This document shows, one piece after another, positions 1 through 9,191 of a stretch of DNA of 64,000 nt. The stretch is from NCBI GenBank assembly GCA_963702005.1, contig OY969696.1, forward strand, positions 320,001 to 384,000. Direction: 5' to 3'. The DNA is from Candidatus Aminicenantes bacterium (GTDB lineage: Bacteria; Acidobacteriota; Aminicenantia; Aminicenantales; JAFGBC01). The first letter of the stretch is position 1, and each line of letters starts with the position of its first letter. The position numbers and the translations under genes were made by a program. Below the pieces are notes generated by a model that saw only the letters and a list, made by a program, of their open reading frames with translations, did not search any database and had not been told where the DNA came from.

Positions 1-340
1 GGGCGATGTTCTCGTTCTCCTCCTGATAGGCCAGGACGGCCCGGATCGAGGCCTTGAGCTTGTCGATGGCTCTTCGCCCGGGGCTGTCCAGGATCGCCTG
101 AAGCCGCTGCTGGATCTCATCGTAGTAGTGGACGATGATCTCGAACAGGAGGTCGCCCTTGCCCTTGAAGTAACGGTAGAGGGTCGCCTTTGAAAGGCGG
201 GCCGCCTGGGCGACGTCGTCCATGGTCGTCGCCGAGATCCCCTTGCGAAGGATGACGGCCTCGGCGGCATGGATGATGGACCGCTTGAAATCCTCCCGCC
301 GCTGGAGCTCCCGTTCCGTCCTCGGATCCGTTCTCTTCAT
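1..340 (-). CDS. TetR/AcrR family transcriptional regulator (3' end runs off window)
   Basis: Manual translation from ATG at 340: MKRTDPRTERELQRREDFKRSIIHAAEAVILRKGISATTMDDVAQAARLSKATLYRYFKGKGDLL, a typical TetR HTH. Not in ORF track because it is truncated. Confidence 0.9.
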   Translation of the reverse strand, partial: MKRTDPRTERELQRREDFKRSIIHAAEAVILRKGISATTMDDVAQAARLSKATLYRYFKGKGDLLFEIIVHYYDEIQQRLQAILDSPGRRAIDKLKASIRAVLAYQEENENIA

Positions 341-366
341 CGTCTCATCTCATTAGTCTTATTGCT

Positions 367-401
367 AAACTTATCAGTTTTGAAACTAAACTGATTGGTA
401 A
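367..401. promoter_or_regulatory. Putative TetR operator (inverted repeats)
   Basis: AAACT-TATC-AGTTT palindrome at 367-380 and ATCAGTTT-N7-AAACTGAT at 373-395. These lie between a minus-strand TTGACA-N17-TATCGT promoter (about 411-439) and the TetR start. Confidence 0.55.
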
Positions 402-479
402 TATTCGGCTACGATACCAACCGCCCCCTCGCTTGTCAAGCCTTCTTTTCCAACGTACAATGGGGCTGGAATTCTCCTC

Positions 480-1220
480 ATGATACGGGACGGGGCGAAA
501 AATGTTTTCCGACCCCTGGTCGGTCTCCTCCCCATCGTCATCCTCCTCGGGGCGGTCCGCGCGGCCTCTTCCCGGCCCTCGGGGCCGATCTGGTGGGACC
601 TCGAAGTCCAGCTCACGACCGAGGGCAACTACCGGATGGACGAACGTGGATTCAACGCCGACGGATCCTATCGCTTCAGTATCTCTTGGGCGGGGACGAT
701 GGAGAGGGATGAGGCCGACTTCCGCCTCTATCACGTCCGAAGCGAACTCGTCCGCTGGGAAGCTGAGGAGCGGTCCGCGCGGCCCGGAGGTACCCTCCTC
801 CTAACGGAAGCCGATTTTTCCGAGAAGCCTTCCTTCGACTTCAACTTCCTGCTCGAGAAAGGCGGGCTTCTCGTCCTCGACTTGGCCACCCAGGGCTTCA
901 CGGTGCCCGTGGCCGAATCGCCCGAGAAATTTTATCTTCTCCTCCCTTCGTCGGCCGAAAACAATCAGTCGGTGGAAGGCGTCAATTATAACGGCGGGAT
1001 CCTGAAAGGCACCAACCGGGTCGCCGTCCCGGCCGAGTCCATCGTCGACGGCCCCGTCGACAAGAAATTCGCCTGGGACTGGAAGAACGAGCAGTGGCTC
1101 CTCCGCCAGGACCGGACCGTTCATGTCCTCAATCGGCATCAGGCCAGGCTGACCTTGATCATCCGGTCTCATCATGAAGCGCTGCCGGGGCCGGCCTCGA
1201 AGAGCTTGTTCAAGCCCTAG
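480..1220 (+). CDS. Hypothetical exported protein
   Basis: 246-aa ORF with N-terminal hydrophobic signal-like segment and beta-rich sequence; no family recognised. Confidence 0.7.
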   Translation: MIRDGAKNVFRPLVGLLPIVILLGAVRAASSRPSGPIWWDLEVQLTTEGNYRMDERGFNADGSYRFSISWAGTMERDEADFRLYHVRSELVRWEAEERSARPGGTLLLTEADFSEKPSFDFNFLLEKGGLLVLDLATQGFTVPVAESPEKFYLLLPSSAENNQSVEGVNYNGGILKGTNRVAVPAESIVDGPVDKKFAWDWKNEQWLLRQDRTVHVLNRHQARLTLIIRSHHEALPGPASKSLFKP

Positions 1221-2115
1221 GGTGGAAGCGGTCGTAGAGCCGGCGGATTTTCTCCCGGCTGACATGGGTGTAGATCTGGGTCGTCGTGATCTGGCTGTGG
1301 CCGAGCATCATCTGGACCGACCTCAGGTCGGCTCCCCGCTCCAACAGATGGGTGGCGAAGGAGTGGCGAAAGATGTGGGGCGTGACTTTGGCGAGCAGCC
1401 CGGCCCCGGCCGATACGCGGCGAAGGAGCTTCCAGAATCCCTGCCGGGTGAAGGGTCTCCCGCGCCGGGTCAGGAATAGGACATCCGTCGTCAGCTTCAT
1501 CAGAAGAGGCCGGACTTCGGCTTGATAGCGCTTGACCCAGCTCCGGGCCGACGTCCCGAGCGGGACGAGCCTTTCCTTCCCCCCTTTGCCGCGACAGATC
1601 AGGAAGCCTTCCTCCAGGTTAAGGTCCTGGATCCTGAGCGTCACGAGCTCCGAAACCCTCAGCCCGGAAGCATAAAGAACCTCCAGCATGGCCCGGTCTC
1701 GGACCCCCTGGCGGGTCCGGGTGTCCGGCTCGGCGAGGAGATCCTCGATCTCTTTGACCGTCAGAACATGGGGAAGGGACATCCATAGCGATGGGGTCGA
1801 AAGATGCAGGGTCGGGTTTTTGGGCCTGCGGCCGTCGAGGACGAGAAATCCGAAAAAGGACTTGAGGGACGAGACCAGCCTGGCCAGGGACCGAGCCGAC
1901 AGCCCGCCGCCCCGGCTCTGCTCGTGGATGAAGCGGACGAGGTCGTCTTCGGACAAAGACGTCCAATCCCGGCCCGTTCTCTTCAGGAACGGGACGAGCT
2001 TGGCGAGGTCGCGGCCGTAGGACTGGAGCGTGTTCGCCGCCAAGCCCCTTTCCAAGCTCAGGTAGTTCAGGAAGCGGGCGAGAGCGTCCTCCGACGCCGG
2101 GTCCGGCTGTTTCAT
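1210..2115 (-). CDS. xerD: Site-specific tyrosine recombinase XerD
   Basis: ERGLAANT..Y..DL N-terminus; LYASGLRVSEL, GKGGKERLVP, TPHIFRHSFATHLL, LGHSQITTTQIYTHV catalytic motifs. Confidence 0.93.
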   Translation of the reverse strand: MKQPDPASEDALARFLNYLSLERGLAANTLQSYGRDLAKLVPFLKRTGRDWTSLSEDDLVRFIHEQSRGGGLSARSLARLVSSLKSFFGFLVLDGRRPKNPTLHLSTPSLWMSLPHVLTVKEIEDLLAEPDTRTRQGVRDRAMLEVLYASGLRVSELVTLRIQDLNLEEGFLICRGKGGKERLVPLGTSARSWVKRYQAEVRPLLMKLTTDVLFLTRRGRPFTRQGFWKLLRRVSAGAGLLAKVTPHIFRHSFATHLLERGADLRSVQMMLGHSQITTTQIYTHVSREKIRRLYDRFHPRA

Positions 2116-2732
2116 GTCAGAAACGGATTGGAGGCGATCTCCTGGCCGACCGTCGTCACGGGGCCGTGGCCGGGCAGGACGCGCGTCTCGGGGGGAAGGA
2201 CCAGGATTCTCGACTGGATGGACCGCTCCAGGTCCCGGGCCGATCCTCCCGGGAGGTCGGTCCGGCCGACGCCCCCGTTGAAAAGGGTGTCCCCGGAAAG
2301 GAGGAAGCCGTCCCCGAGCAGGCCCACGCTCCCCGGCGAGTGACCGGGCGTATGGAGAACCTCGAGCCGGGATTCGCCGACCCGGATCTCAGCCTTGTCC
2401 TTGAGAAAAAAGTCGGCCGGGGGGGAATCCTTGGCGTTGAGGACGAAGCTCAGCTCAAGTTGGCCGGCCAGCTCGAGCATCGGGCTGTCCAGGGTATGGA
2501 TGGCGAGAGGGATATGGAAGGCGTCCTTGATGTCCCGGTTGGCTCCGATGTGGTCGACGTGGCCGTGCGTGTTGAGAATGAGGACGGGCTTCAGGCCCAG
2601 GTGATGGACGGCGGCGATGATCCGGTCCGGCTCGGCGCCGGGATCGACGATGGCGCACTCGAGGGTGCGGGGACAGGAGACGAGATAGCAGTTTGTCTCC
2701 AACTGCCCGACGATGACCGTCTCGATGTTCAT
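2112..2732 (-). CDS. MBL-fold metallo-hydrolase (glyoxalase II-like)
   Basis: THGHVDHIG, HTPGHSPG, GDTLF, LPGHG motifs. Confidence 0.92.
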   Translation of the reverse strand: MNIETVIVGQLETNCYLVSCPRTLECAIVDPGAEPDRIIAAVHHLGLKPVLILNTHGHVDHIGANRDIKDAFHIPLAIHTLDSPMLELAGQLELSFVLNAKDSPPADFFLKDKAEIRVGESRLEVLHTPGHSPGSVGLLGDGFLLSGDTLFNGGVGRTDLPGGSARDLERSIQSRILVLPPETRVLPGHGPVTTVGQEIASNPFLT

Positions 2733-2776
2733 CCCTCGTCCCCGCCGGCCTTATCTTAATGCGGATCCCCGAAGGA

Positions 2777-2859
2777 GTCAAACCCTCGACACCCATGCTA
2801 AGCCGTTTCCGGCTTAGCATGAGTACTGCAAGGCGGGGTAGCGTCGGTGAACGGGTCAA
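2777..2859 (-). mobile_element. 83-bp palindromic non-autonomous element, copy 1 (TTGAC-bounded, PATE/REP-like)
   Basis: 78/83 identical to 49045-49127; minus-strand CATGCTAAGCCG-GAAA-CGGCTTAGCATG hairpin; GTCAA at both ends on the + strand. Confidence 0.75.
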
Positions 2860-2994
2860 CTTGGCCGGGAATGCATTTATTATGCGATTTCTGGGAGAGG
2901 GTTTTGAAAGCGGATCTGAAGCGACCGTGTGGAGATCAGCTTCCCGAGCCCTATTGTTGAATTTTCGGACACGGACCCCTATAATCGGTGGCGC

Positions 2995-3813
2995 ATGAGC
3001 GAGAAGCCCTGGCAGCTCCAGATCTTGGACAAGTCCCTCAAAAAAAAGGAAAAACTGCGGCTCCTCGAACGGGGTCTCGAGGTCGAGCCGGGGACGACCG
3101 CTCTCGACCTCGGCTGCGCCCAGGGGACGCTGAGTTATTTTCTTCTCAATAAGGGAGGCGTCTGGGTCCACACGGACCAGGACTTCGCCAACCTGATCGC
3201 AGCCCGACGTCTCGTCCCCAAGAACCTGGTCCGGACGGGAACCGGCGTCCTTCCTTTTCGGGATGGCGTCTTCGACCTCGTCGTTTGCCTCGATTACCTG
3301 GAGCACCTCAATGATGACGATCTCTGCTTGGCCGAGATCGGACGGATCTTAAAGGATCGCGGGCGGCTCATCCTGGTGACTCCCCACGCGGGCCGCTTCT
3401 ATCTTCTCCATAAGCTCCGGCCGGCCCTGGGGATGAAGCTCGAGTTCTACGGTCACAAGCGGGAAGGATACGGATTGGCCGATCTCGAATCTCTGCTCGG
3501 GCGGCACGGCTTCCGCATAACCCGGCGCCTGACCTACTCGAAGTTCTTTTCCGAGTTCTTCGAGCTCGTCATCAATGCCGCCTACGTCCAGATCCTCGCC
3601 CGCCGGAAGCGGTCGGGGCTCCGGGACGGCCGCATCAAACCGTCCGACGCCTCCGAATTCGAGACCCAGAGGAGGGCCTTCCGTCTCTACTCCCTGATCT
3701 ATCCCCTCGTCTGGCTCGTCGCCCAGCTCGACCGCCTCCTCTTCTTCATGAAAGGCTACAGCCTCATGGTCTGGGCCGAAAAAGTCGCGGGCCGTTCCCG
3801 CCCGGAATTTTAG
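2995..3813 (+). CDS. Class I SAM-dependent methyltransferase
   Basis: ALDLGCAQG motif I, LPFRDGVFDLVVCLDYLEHL; start taken at ATG 2995 (MSEKPW), downstream of a TATAAT. Confidence 0.88.
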   Translation: MSEKPWQLQILDKSLKKKEKLRLLERGLEVEPGTTALDLGCAQGTLSYFLLNKGGVWVHTDQDFANLIAARRLVPKNLVRTGTGVLPFRDGVFDLVVCLDYLEHLNDDDLCLAEIGRILKDRGRLILVTPHAGRFYLLHKLRPALGMKLEFYGHKREGYGLADLESLLGRHGFRITRRLTYSKFFSEFFELVINAAYVQILARRKRSGLRDGRIKPSDASEFETQRRAFRLYSLIYPLVWLVAQLDRLLFFMKGYSLMVWAEKVAGRSRPEF

Positions 3814-3842
3814 CGGGCGGCCGGATTTGCTATAATCAAATC

Positions 3843-4235
3843 ATGGACGTCATCTTAAGCCGGGAGGCCGAGGTCCTGCTGCGCGCCGGACGTGTTCCCG
3901 GCCGGACTCCTCCCTTGGAGGGGTATCTCCTCGGTCACCGGCGGGGGCCGGTCTATTACATCGAGCGCTTGGTACCGTTCGGCCCGGTCTTTTCCTTGAC
4001 GGAAGGCGAAGGTCGGCGGATCGGCCGGATTTTTAACGGGGCCATCCTCGGCACCTTCACCTTCCGCGCCGGGCAGGCCCGCCGGAGACGGATTCTGCGG
4101 CCGGCTTTCTACGGGACCTTGTTTGGCCAGGCCGGCCGGGGGCGGACCGGGCAGGCCCATCTCGATATGTTCCGCGTCGAATACGACCGGAAGTTCTATC
4201 TCAAGCCTCTGTCCGTTCGGCCCGAGGGGGAATGA
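3843..4235 (+). CDS. Hypothetical protein (weak MPN/JAB-like N-terminus)
   Basis: 130 aa, preceded by TGCTATAAT; LEGYLLG..YYIE segment; stop overlaps the next gene. Confidence 0.6.
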   Translation: MDVILSREAEVLLRAGRVPGRTPPLEGYLLGHRRGPVYYIERLVPFGPVFSLTEGEGRRIGRIFNGAILGTFTFRAGQARRRRILRPAFYGTLFGQAGRGRTGQAHLDMFRVEYDRKFYLKPLSVRPEGE

Positions 4236-4783
4236 GCATGAGCGAAACAATGGACATCCGCCGGCAGCGTACGCTGCTGGAACTCGCCCGAGCCGCCATC
4301 CGCCGCCACCTCGAGGCGGGAAAAACGAAGGCGGCGATTCCTCCCGATCCGGTCCTCAACGAGCCGCGGGGAGCTTTCGTGACCTTAGAGGTCGACGGCC
4401 AGCTCAGGGGATGCATCGGCTATCCCCTTCCCGTCAAGCCCTTGGCTCAGACCGTTCAAGAAGTGGCCGTCTCGGCCGCTTCCCAGGATTTCCGGTTCGA
4501 GCCCCTTCGTCTTGAAGAGATGGATCGGCTCAGGATCGAAATTTCGGTCCTCAGTCTGCCCCGGCCCGTCCGATCGCCGGAAGAGGTCGAGGTCGGCCGC
4601 CACGGCATCATCATCTCCAAGGGAGCGCGGAGAGGATTGCTTCTTCCCCAAGTCCCCGGGGAGTACGGCTGGGACCGCGAAACCTACCTGCGCCACGGCT
4701 GCCTCAAGGCCGGTCTCCCCGAAAACGAATGGCAAAAGGGGGCGAAGATCGAGGTCTTCACCGCCCAGGTCTTCTCGGAATAG
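4232..4783 (+). CDS. amrA: AmmeMemoRadiSam system protein A (AMMECR1 family)
   Basis: GAFVTL..GQLRGCIG, IEISVLS, GRHGIII..GLLLPQV, CLKAGL motifs. Confidence 0.9.
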   Translation: MSMSETMDIRRQRTLLELARAAIRRHLEAGKTKAAIPPDPVLNEPRGAFVTLEVDGQLRGCIGYPLPVKPLAQTVQEVAVSAASQDFRFEPLRLEEMDRLRIEISVLSLPRPVRSPEEVEVGRHGIIISKGARRGLLLPQVPGEYGWDRETYLRHGCLKAGLPENEWQKGAKIEVFTAQVFSE

Positions 4784-4789
4784 CGAGAA

Positions 4790-5551
4790 CTATTTCTTCC
4801 TGAACTCTTTGTTCTCGGCCAGCATCTTCTTGGCTTGGGCCTGGAGCTCTTGGGTTTCGGCCTCGTCCTCCGGGGCGGACGTCATGCCGATGAGGTATTC
4901 GAGCTCTTGCCGGGCCTCTTCGACCTTGTCGAGGTCGAGGTAGGTCTCGGCCAAAAACATCCTGGTCGTAGCGTCATTGGGCCCGTACTCCTTAGACTTG
5001 AGGAGATGCTCGAGCGATTTACTATTGCTCCCGCCCGCGAACCCGGGAAGCTTGTAGTAGACCCGGCCCAGGACGCGGTCCGCGCCGCCGGCCTCGTAGC
5101 TCCGGTCGAGCTCGACGACCTTGTTCATTTCGGCCTTGATGGGTTTGACCAGGAACAGGCTCTTGAGAACGCCCTTGGCCTCGCCGTACTTCCCATAGTT
5201 GACGCCGAGCCAGTAGTGCCCGTCCGGCTTCTCGGGTTCGAGGGCGACGGCTTTCTTTGCGTGGTAAATCCCCATCTGGAAAACGGCCTTTTTCTCCTTA
5301 TCGCTGGGGACATGGTCTCCGATCCAGTACTCGGCCTTGGCCATCTTCCAATAGGCCTCATAGTTGTTCTCGCCCTGGAGGAGGGCCTCCTGAAACATGG
5401 CCAGCGCTTCCTTGGCTTTGGCCAAGTCCGCGCGCTGGGCGTAGAGTTCGTCGCCCTGCGCGATCAGACTCTTCGTCCCCGTCTCCTGGGACAGACAGAG
5501 AAGGACGAGGATGAAAACGGCCAGGAATAAAAGAACGATTTTTTTCAGCAT
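4790..5551 (-). CDS. TPR-containing exported protein (TatT-like)
   Basis: Signal-like N-terminus; DGHYWLGVNYGKYG..GVLKSL, GGADRVLGRVYYKLPGFAGG helical repeats. Confidence 0.75.
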   Translation of the reverse strand: MLKKIVLLFLAVFILVLLCLSQETGTKSLIAQGDELYAQRADLAKAKEALAMFQEALLQGENNYEAYWKMAKAEYWIGDHVPSDKEKKAVFQMGIYHAKKAVALEPEKPDGHYWLGVNYGKYGEAKGVLKSLFLVKPIKAEMNKVVELDRSYEAGGADRVLGRVYYKLPGFAGGSNSKSLEHLLKSKEYGPNDATTRMFLAETYLDLDKVEEARQELEYLIGMTSAPEDEAETQELQAQAKKMLAENKEFRKK

Positions 5552-5614
5552 AAACCACTCCTTTGCGGCCATTTATACCACAACCGCTCCCCGGACACAA
5601 GCGCGGGGGACCGG

Positions 5615-6277
5615 CTAGGGCTTCCGGAAAAACGCGTCCGCTTTTTCATCCAGCTCGACGAGCAGGCGCTCGATACGGACCCGTTCCGTCTCGAAGGCCT
5701 CTCCCCGCAACGAGGGGGAAACCTTGAAAGGTTCCCCGAAGACGGCCACGACCCGGGAGAAGGGGCCAGGCACAACGAACCGATCCCAGCTCGAAAGGAT
5801 TTTTTTTCTCCGGGCCGAGAATGTAACCGGGACGCAGGGGGCGCCCGATTCTTGGGCCAGCCTCAACCCGCCGGCTTTGAGGATCCGGAAGGGCCCGCGC
5901 GGCCCGTCGGGAACCATGACCAGGACCCCTCCCTGGGCGAGTTCGGCCTTCATCTCTTTCCAGGCCCGGACGATGGAATGGGAGCTCGACCCGCGCAGGA
6001 ACTTGTATCCCCATCCGCCGGCGAGTTGGACAAGGACCTCCCCGTCCCGGCTGGGGCTGATCAGGGGAACGATACCGGTGTTCCTGAAGAAATAGGGCGC
6101 GAAGAAGATCCGGCCGTGCCAGATGAGGAGAACGATCGGCTTGCCTTCGGCCCTGAGCCGGTCATAGCCTTCCTTCCCGACGACGGTCACTCTCTCCGAC
6201 CTTGACCAAAGCCAGAGGACGGGCCGGCCGATCGTCTTGATCAATAAACTGCTCAAGGGCCGAGGAAGGCGCATCAA
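5615..6277 (-). CDS. DUF374 / lysophospholipid acyltransferase family protein
   Basis: IWHGR, SPSRDGE, RGSSS, PDGPRGP, SWDRFVVPGPF motifs. Confidence 0.88.
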   Translation of the reverse strand: MMRLPRPLSSLLIKTIGRPVLWLWSRSERVTVVGKEGYDRLRAEGKPIVLLIWHGRIFFAPYFFRNTGIVPLISPSRDGEVLVQLAGGWGYKFLRGSSSHSIVRAWKEMKAELAQGGVLVMVPDGPRGPFRILKAGGLRLAQESGAPCVPVTFSARRKKILSSWDRFVVPGPFSRVVAVFGEPFKVSPSLRGEAFETERVRIERLLVELDEKADAFFRKP

Positions 6278-6377
6278 TTTTCATCTTAAGACAAAAGCGT
6301 TGCCTTGGGAAGGGCTCTTTTCAGCAAGTAAGCATTTCTATTAGAGATGATCTCCGGAAGAGGACCTTGAAGGCGGA

Positions 6378-7793
6378 TTAAGAACCACTTCCTTTCACTG
6401 ATTTTCGGGTTCTGGCGCTTTCAAAAGCGGCCCCGAGAGCAAAGCCGGCCGCGCTCAGGCCGAGGCCGACCGGAAGCGTAAACGGCCATGATGGAAGGCC
6501 GGGGGACCAGACGCCCATCTCGGAGAGGAAGCTCGCCAGGGCGAAGCCGCCCCCGAACAACAGACTCAGAAGGCCGGCGGCGGGGAGCCTCCTTCTCAGG
6601 ACGAACATGGCTGCGCCGGGCAGGAACAGGCCCTCGGCCATGATCTCCGAGGCCAGGCCGATCGTCCTTAAGATGCTCGTGAACCTTGTGGCGATCAGGA
6701 ACGCCAGGGCCATCGTCAGGACCGTGGAGATCCGGCTGAAAGCGACGTTCCCCTTCAGGCCGCCCCTTATAACGGGGACAATATCGCGGGCCAGGGTCAG
6801 CGCTCCGGTGTTGACGGCGGCATCGAGCGTCGAGACGATGGCCGCAAGGACGGCCGCGAAGACGAGCGCGGCCAAGACGGGCCCCGCTTTCGTCGAGATG
6901 AGTTCCGACATGACGGATCCTTTTTGGGGGGGAGTTTTCAACACGGGCAAGGAGAACATTCCGACCATGACGACAAGCCCATAAAGGAGGAGAAAGGTCG
7001 GCACGACGGCCAGCAAGCCGGAGCGGCCTTCGCGGACCGTTCGGGCCGCCCGGATCCTCTGCCAGGCGACGGGCGAAATGATCCAGGCCAGGAGGAAAGA
7101 GAGGCAGGTCAGGACGTTCCTCCAGCCTCCCGCCAAGAAGTCGAAATAACCCTTGGCTCCCAACCGGGCCGCCGATTCCGAGACTTCGGAGAGGCCTGCC
7201 CGGCCGGACAGAAAGGCGGCCAGACCGATCATTCCCGCCAGAAGAAGGACGAATTGAACGCTCTCCGTAACGACGACCGAGAAAAACCCGCCCGAGGCCG
7301 CGTACAAGCACACGACGGCGGCCGCGGCGGCCAGGCCAAGGAGATAGGGTATGCTTAAAAAAGTTCCCAGGAACCCGCCGAGAGCCACGAGCTGGGAGGC
7401 GGCGAATACGAGCATGTACCAGAAGATCAAGAAGGACACGATATGCCGGACGGCCCGTCCGTAGCTGGCCTCGGCGAGATCGGGCAGCGTCAGGGCCGGT
7501 ATGCGGGCGGCCTTCCCGGCTAAGAGTATCAGGACGATGATGGTCAGCACGGCCGGCATCCCGACAATCCAGAAGGCGCTGACTCCCCGCCGGCAGGCCT
7601 CGTCCGTGGAGACGAGGATGGAGGTCGCCCCGAACCAGGCCGCGGACAACGAAAGGGTGATGAGCGGCGCCCGGAGTCCGCCGGGGGCGAAGAAAAAATC
7701 ATCGAGCGTCTTCGCCCGCTTTCGAAAGATCAGGTTGACGGCTAGGATGAGCAGGAGAAAGCCGAGGAAAACGAAAAGGAATTCGGCTCGCAT
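6378..7793 (-). CDS. Sodium:solute symporter family transporter
   Basis: Many TM helices; DDFFFA..L, SAAWFGA, GGFFSVVVTESVQ, AAIVSTLDA motifs. Confidence 0.88.
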   Translation of the reverse strand: MRAEFLFVFLGFLLLILAVNLIFRKRAKTLDDFFFAPGGLRAPLITLSLSAAWFGATSILVSTDEACRRGVSAFWIVGMPAVLTIIVLILLAGKAARIPALTLPDLAEASYGRAVRHIVSFLIFWYMLVFAASQLVALGGFLGTFLSIPYLLGLAAAAAVVCLYAASGGFFSVVVTESVQFVLLLAGMIGLAAFLSGRAGLSEVSESAARLGAKGYFDFLAGGWRNVLTCLSFLLAWIISPVAWQRIRAARTVREGRSGLLAVVPTFLLLYGLVVMVGMFSLPVLKTPPQKGSVMSELISTKAGPVLAALVFAAVLAAIVSTLDAAVNTGALTLARDIVPVIRGGLKGNVAFSRISTVLTMALAFLIATRFTSILRTIGLASEIMAEGLFLPGAAMFVLRRRLPAAGLLSLLFGGGFALASFLSEMGVWSPGLPSWPFTLPVGLGLSAAGFALGAAFESARTRKSVKGSGS

Positions 7794-7904
7794 CCCAAGT
7801 TTTATACCAGAATAGAGGCTCATCCGCAATCCGAGGCCGGACACTGTTTCCGCCGGCAGGGAGGTAATTTTCGCAATCCCGGGAGTGTGCTATAATTCAT
7901 CAAC

Positions 7905-8609
7905 GTGAAAAAAACGGCTCTCTGGCTGATTTTGGTCTGTTGTTGTCCGCCGCGGACGACCGCCCCGACGGCCGCCGAGGTCGCCGCTCGCCTGGAGGGG
8001 CGCCTGGCCGCCCTTCAAACCCTGCAAGCCAGGTTCAGCCAGGTCTATTACGGCCAGCCGCCGTCGGCCCCTCTGAGAGAAAAGGGCCTTTTCTACTTCC
8101 AGAAACCGTCCCGGATGCGCTGGCGGTACCAGGAGCCGGATCCAAAGGAGTACCTCTACAAGGAAGGGACGTTCTACTCCTATTTCCCCGAGGACAACCA
8201 GCTCATTATCCAAAAGCTCTCAAGGGAATATCACGAGACAGAAATCCTGCTGATCCTGGCCGGCCAGAAGCGCCTCCGTGACGATTATGACCTGGAGCTC
8301 GACCCAGCCGCCGCCTCGGGACGGGAGGCCGCCTGGATCCTCAAGCTCAAACCGAGAGCCGAGGAGGAGGCTTCCTCGGAAATCCTTCTCGAGATCGACG
8401 CGGAGACCTGGCTGATCAGACGGGCGGTCTTCCGCGATTGGGCGGGCAACTCCTCTGAGTTCGTCTTCGAAGATTTAAGGGCCGACCGGCGGCTCGATCC
8501 CGGCTTGTTTGAACTCAAGGTCCCCGACGACTGCGAGGTCATCAGGGAGGAAGCCCCGGCCCTCCCTGAAAAACAAACCAAATCTCCTGCGGTTCGTATA
8601 CCTCAGTGA
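7905..8609 (+). CDS. lolA: Outer-membrane lipoprotein carrier LolA family
   Basis: LQARFSQ, G.FYFQKPSRMRWRYQEP, YFPEDNQ, D..GNSSEFVF, FELKVP. Confidence 0.82.
   Translation: MKKTALWLILVCCCPPRTTAPTAAEVAARLEGRLAALQTLQARFSQVYYGQPPSAPLREKGLFYFQKPSRMRWRYQEPDPKEYLYKEGTFYSYFPEDNQLIIQKLSREYHETEILLILAGQKRLRDDYDLELDPAAASGREAAWILKLKPRAEEEASSEILLEIDAETWLIRRAVFRDWAGNSSEFVFEDLRADRRLDPGLFELKVPDDCEVIREEAPALPEKQTKSPAVRIPQ
8573..8600 (+). promoter_or_regulatory. Putative ECF-sigma (SigW-like) autoregulatory promoter
   Basis: AAAC (8575-8578)-N16-CGTA (8595-8598) just upstream of the ECF sigma gene. Confidence 0.55.
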
Positions 8610-8618
8610 GGACCCGGA

Positions 8619-9191
8619 GTGTCCTCCATGAATGACGATCAGGAACTTGTCAAAGCGACCCTTAAGGGCAACCGGAAGGCCTTCGAAATGATTATCCGGA
8701 AGTACCAGCAGCCCCTTTTGAATTACATAGGGCGCATGGTCGGAGAGCGCGAGATGGCCCTCGATTTCACTCAGGACGTTTTTCTGAGGGCCTATGCCTG
8801 CCTCCCTTCGTACCGGCCCCAGTTCAAGCTCAGTACCTGGCTGTTTAAAATCGCCTCCAACCTCGTCATCGATTTCTGGCGGAAGAAGAAGATCCCGACG
8901 CTGTCCCTCGACCAGCCCCTCGAGGAGGACGGCGAGGGCTTTTGCCTGCAGATTCCCGACGACAAGCCCTCGATCGGCAAGACGTACGAACTCAACGAGT
9001 TTCGGGCCAAGATCGACCGGGCCCTATCCCGCCTGCCGGCGGCCCTCCGCGAGCTGTTCGTCTGGAGGCACATCAACGGCCTCAGCTACGAAGAAATGGC
9101 CGAGATCAAAGACCTTCCGGTCGGGACCGTCAAGAATAAGGTCTTTCAGGCCAAAGAATTGATCCGGAGGCATTTGGAGGAAGAGACATGA
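8619..9191 (+). CDS. ECF RNA polymerase sigma factor (SigW/RpoE-like)
   Basis: DQELV..GNRKAF, QDVFLRAY, STWLFKIASN..ID, LSYEEMAEI..LPVGTVK. Confidence 0.93.
   Translation: MSSMNDDQELVKATLKGNRKAFEMIIRKYQQPLLNYIGRMVGEREMALDFTQDVFLRAYACLPSYRPQFKLSTWLFKIASNLVIDFWRKKKIPTLSLDQPLEEDGEGFCLQIPDDKPSIGKTYELNEFRAKIDRALSRLPAALRELFVWRHINGLSYEEMAEIKDLPVGTVKNKVFQAKELIRRHLEEET

Noticed and set aside
1210-2115. Tyrosine recombinase as a mobile-element integrase
   Set aside because: Length, motifs and core-gene context fit housekeeping XerD; no att sites or cargo
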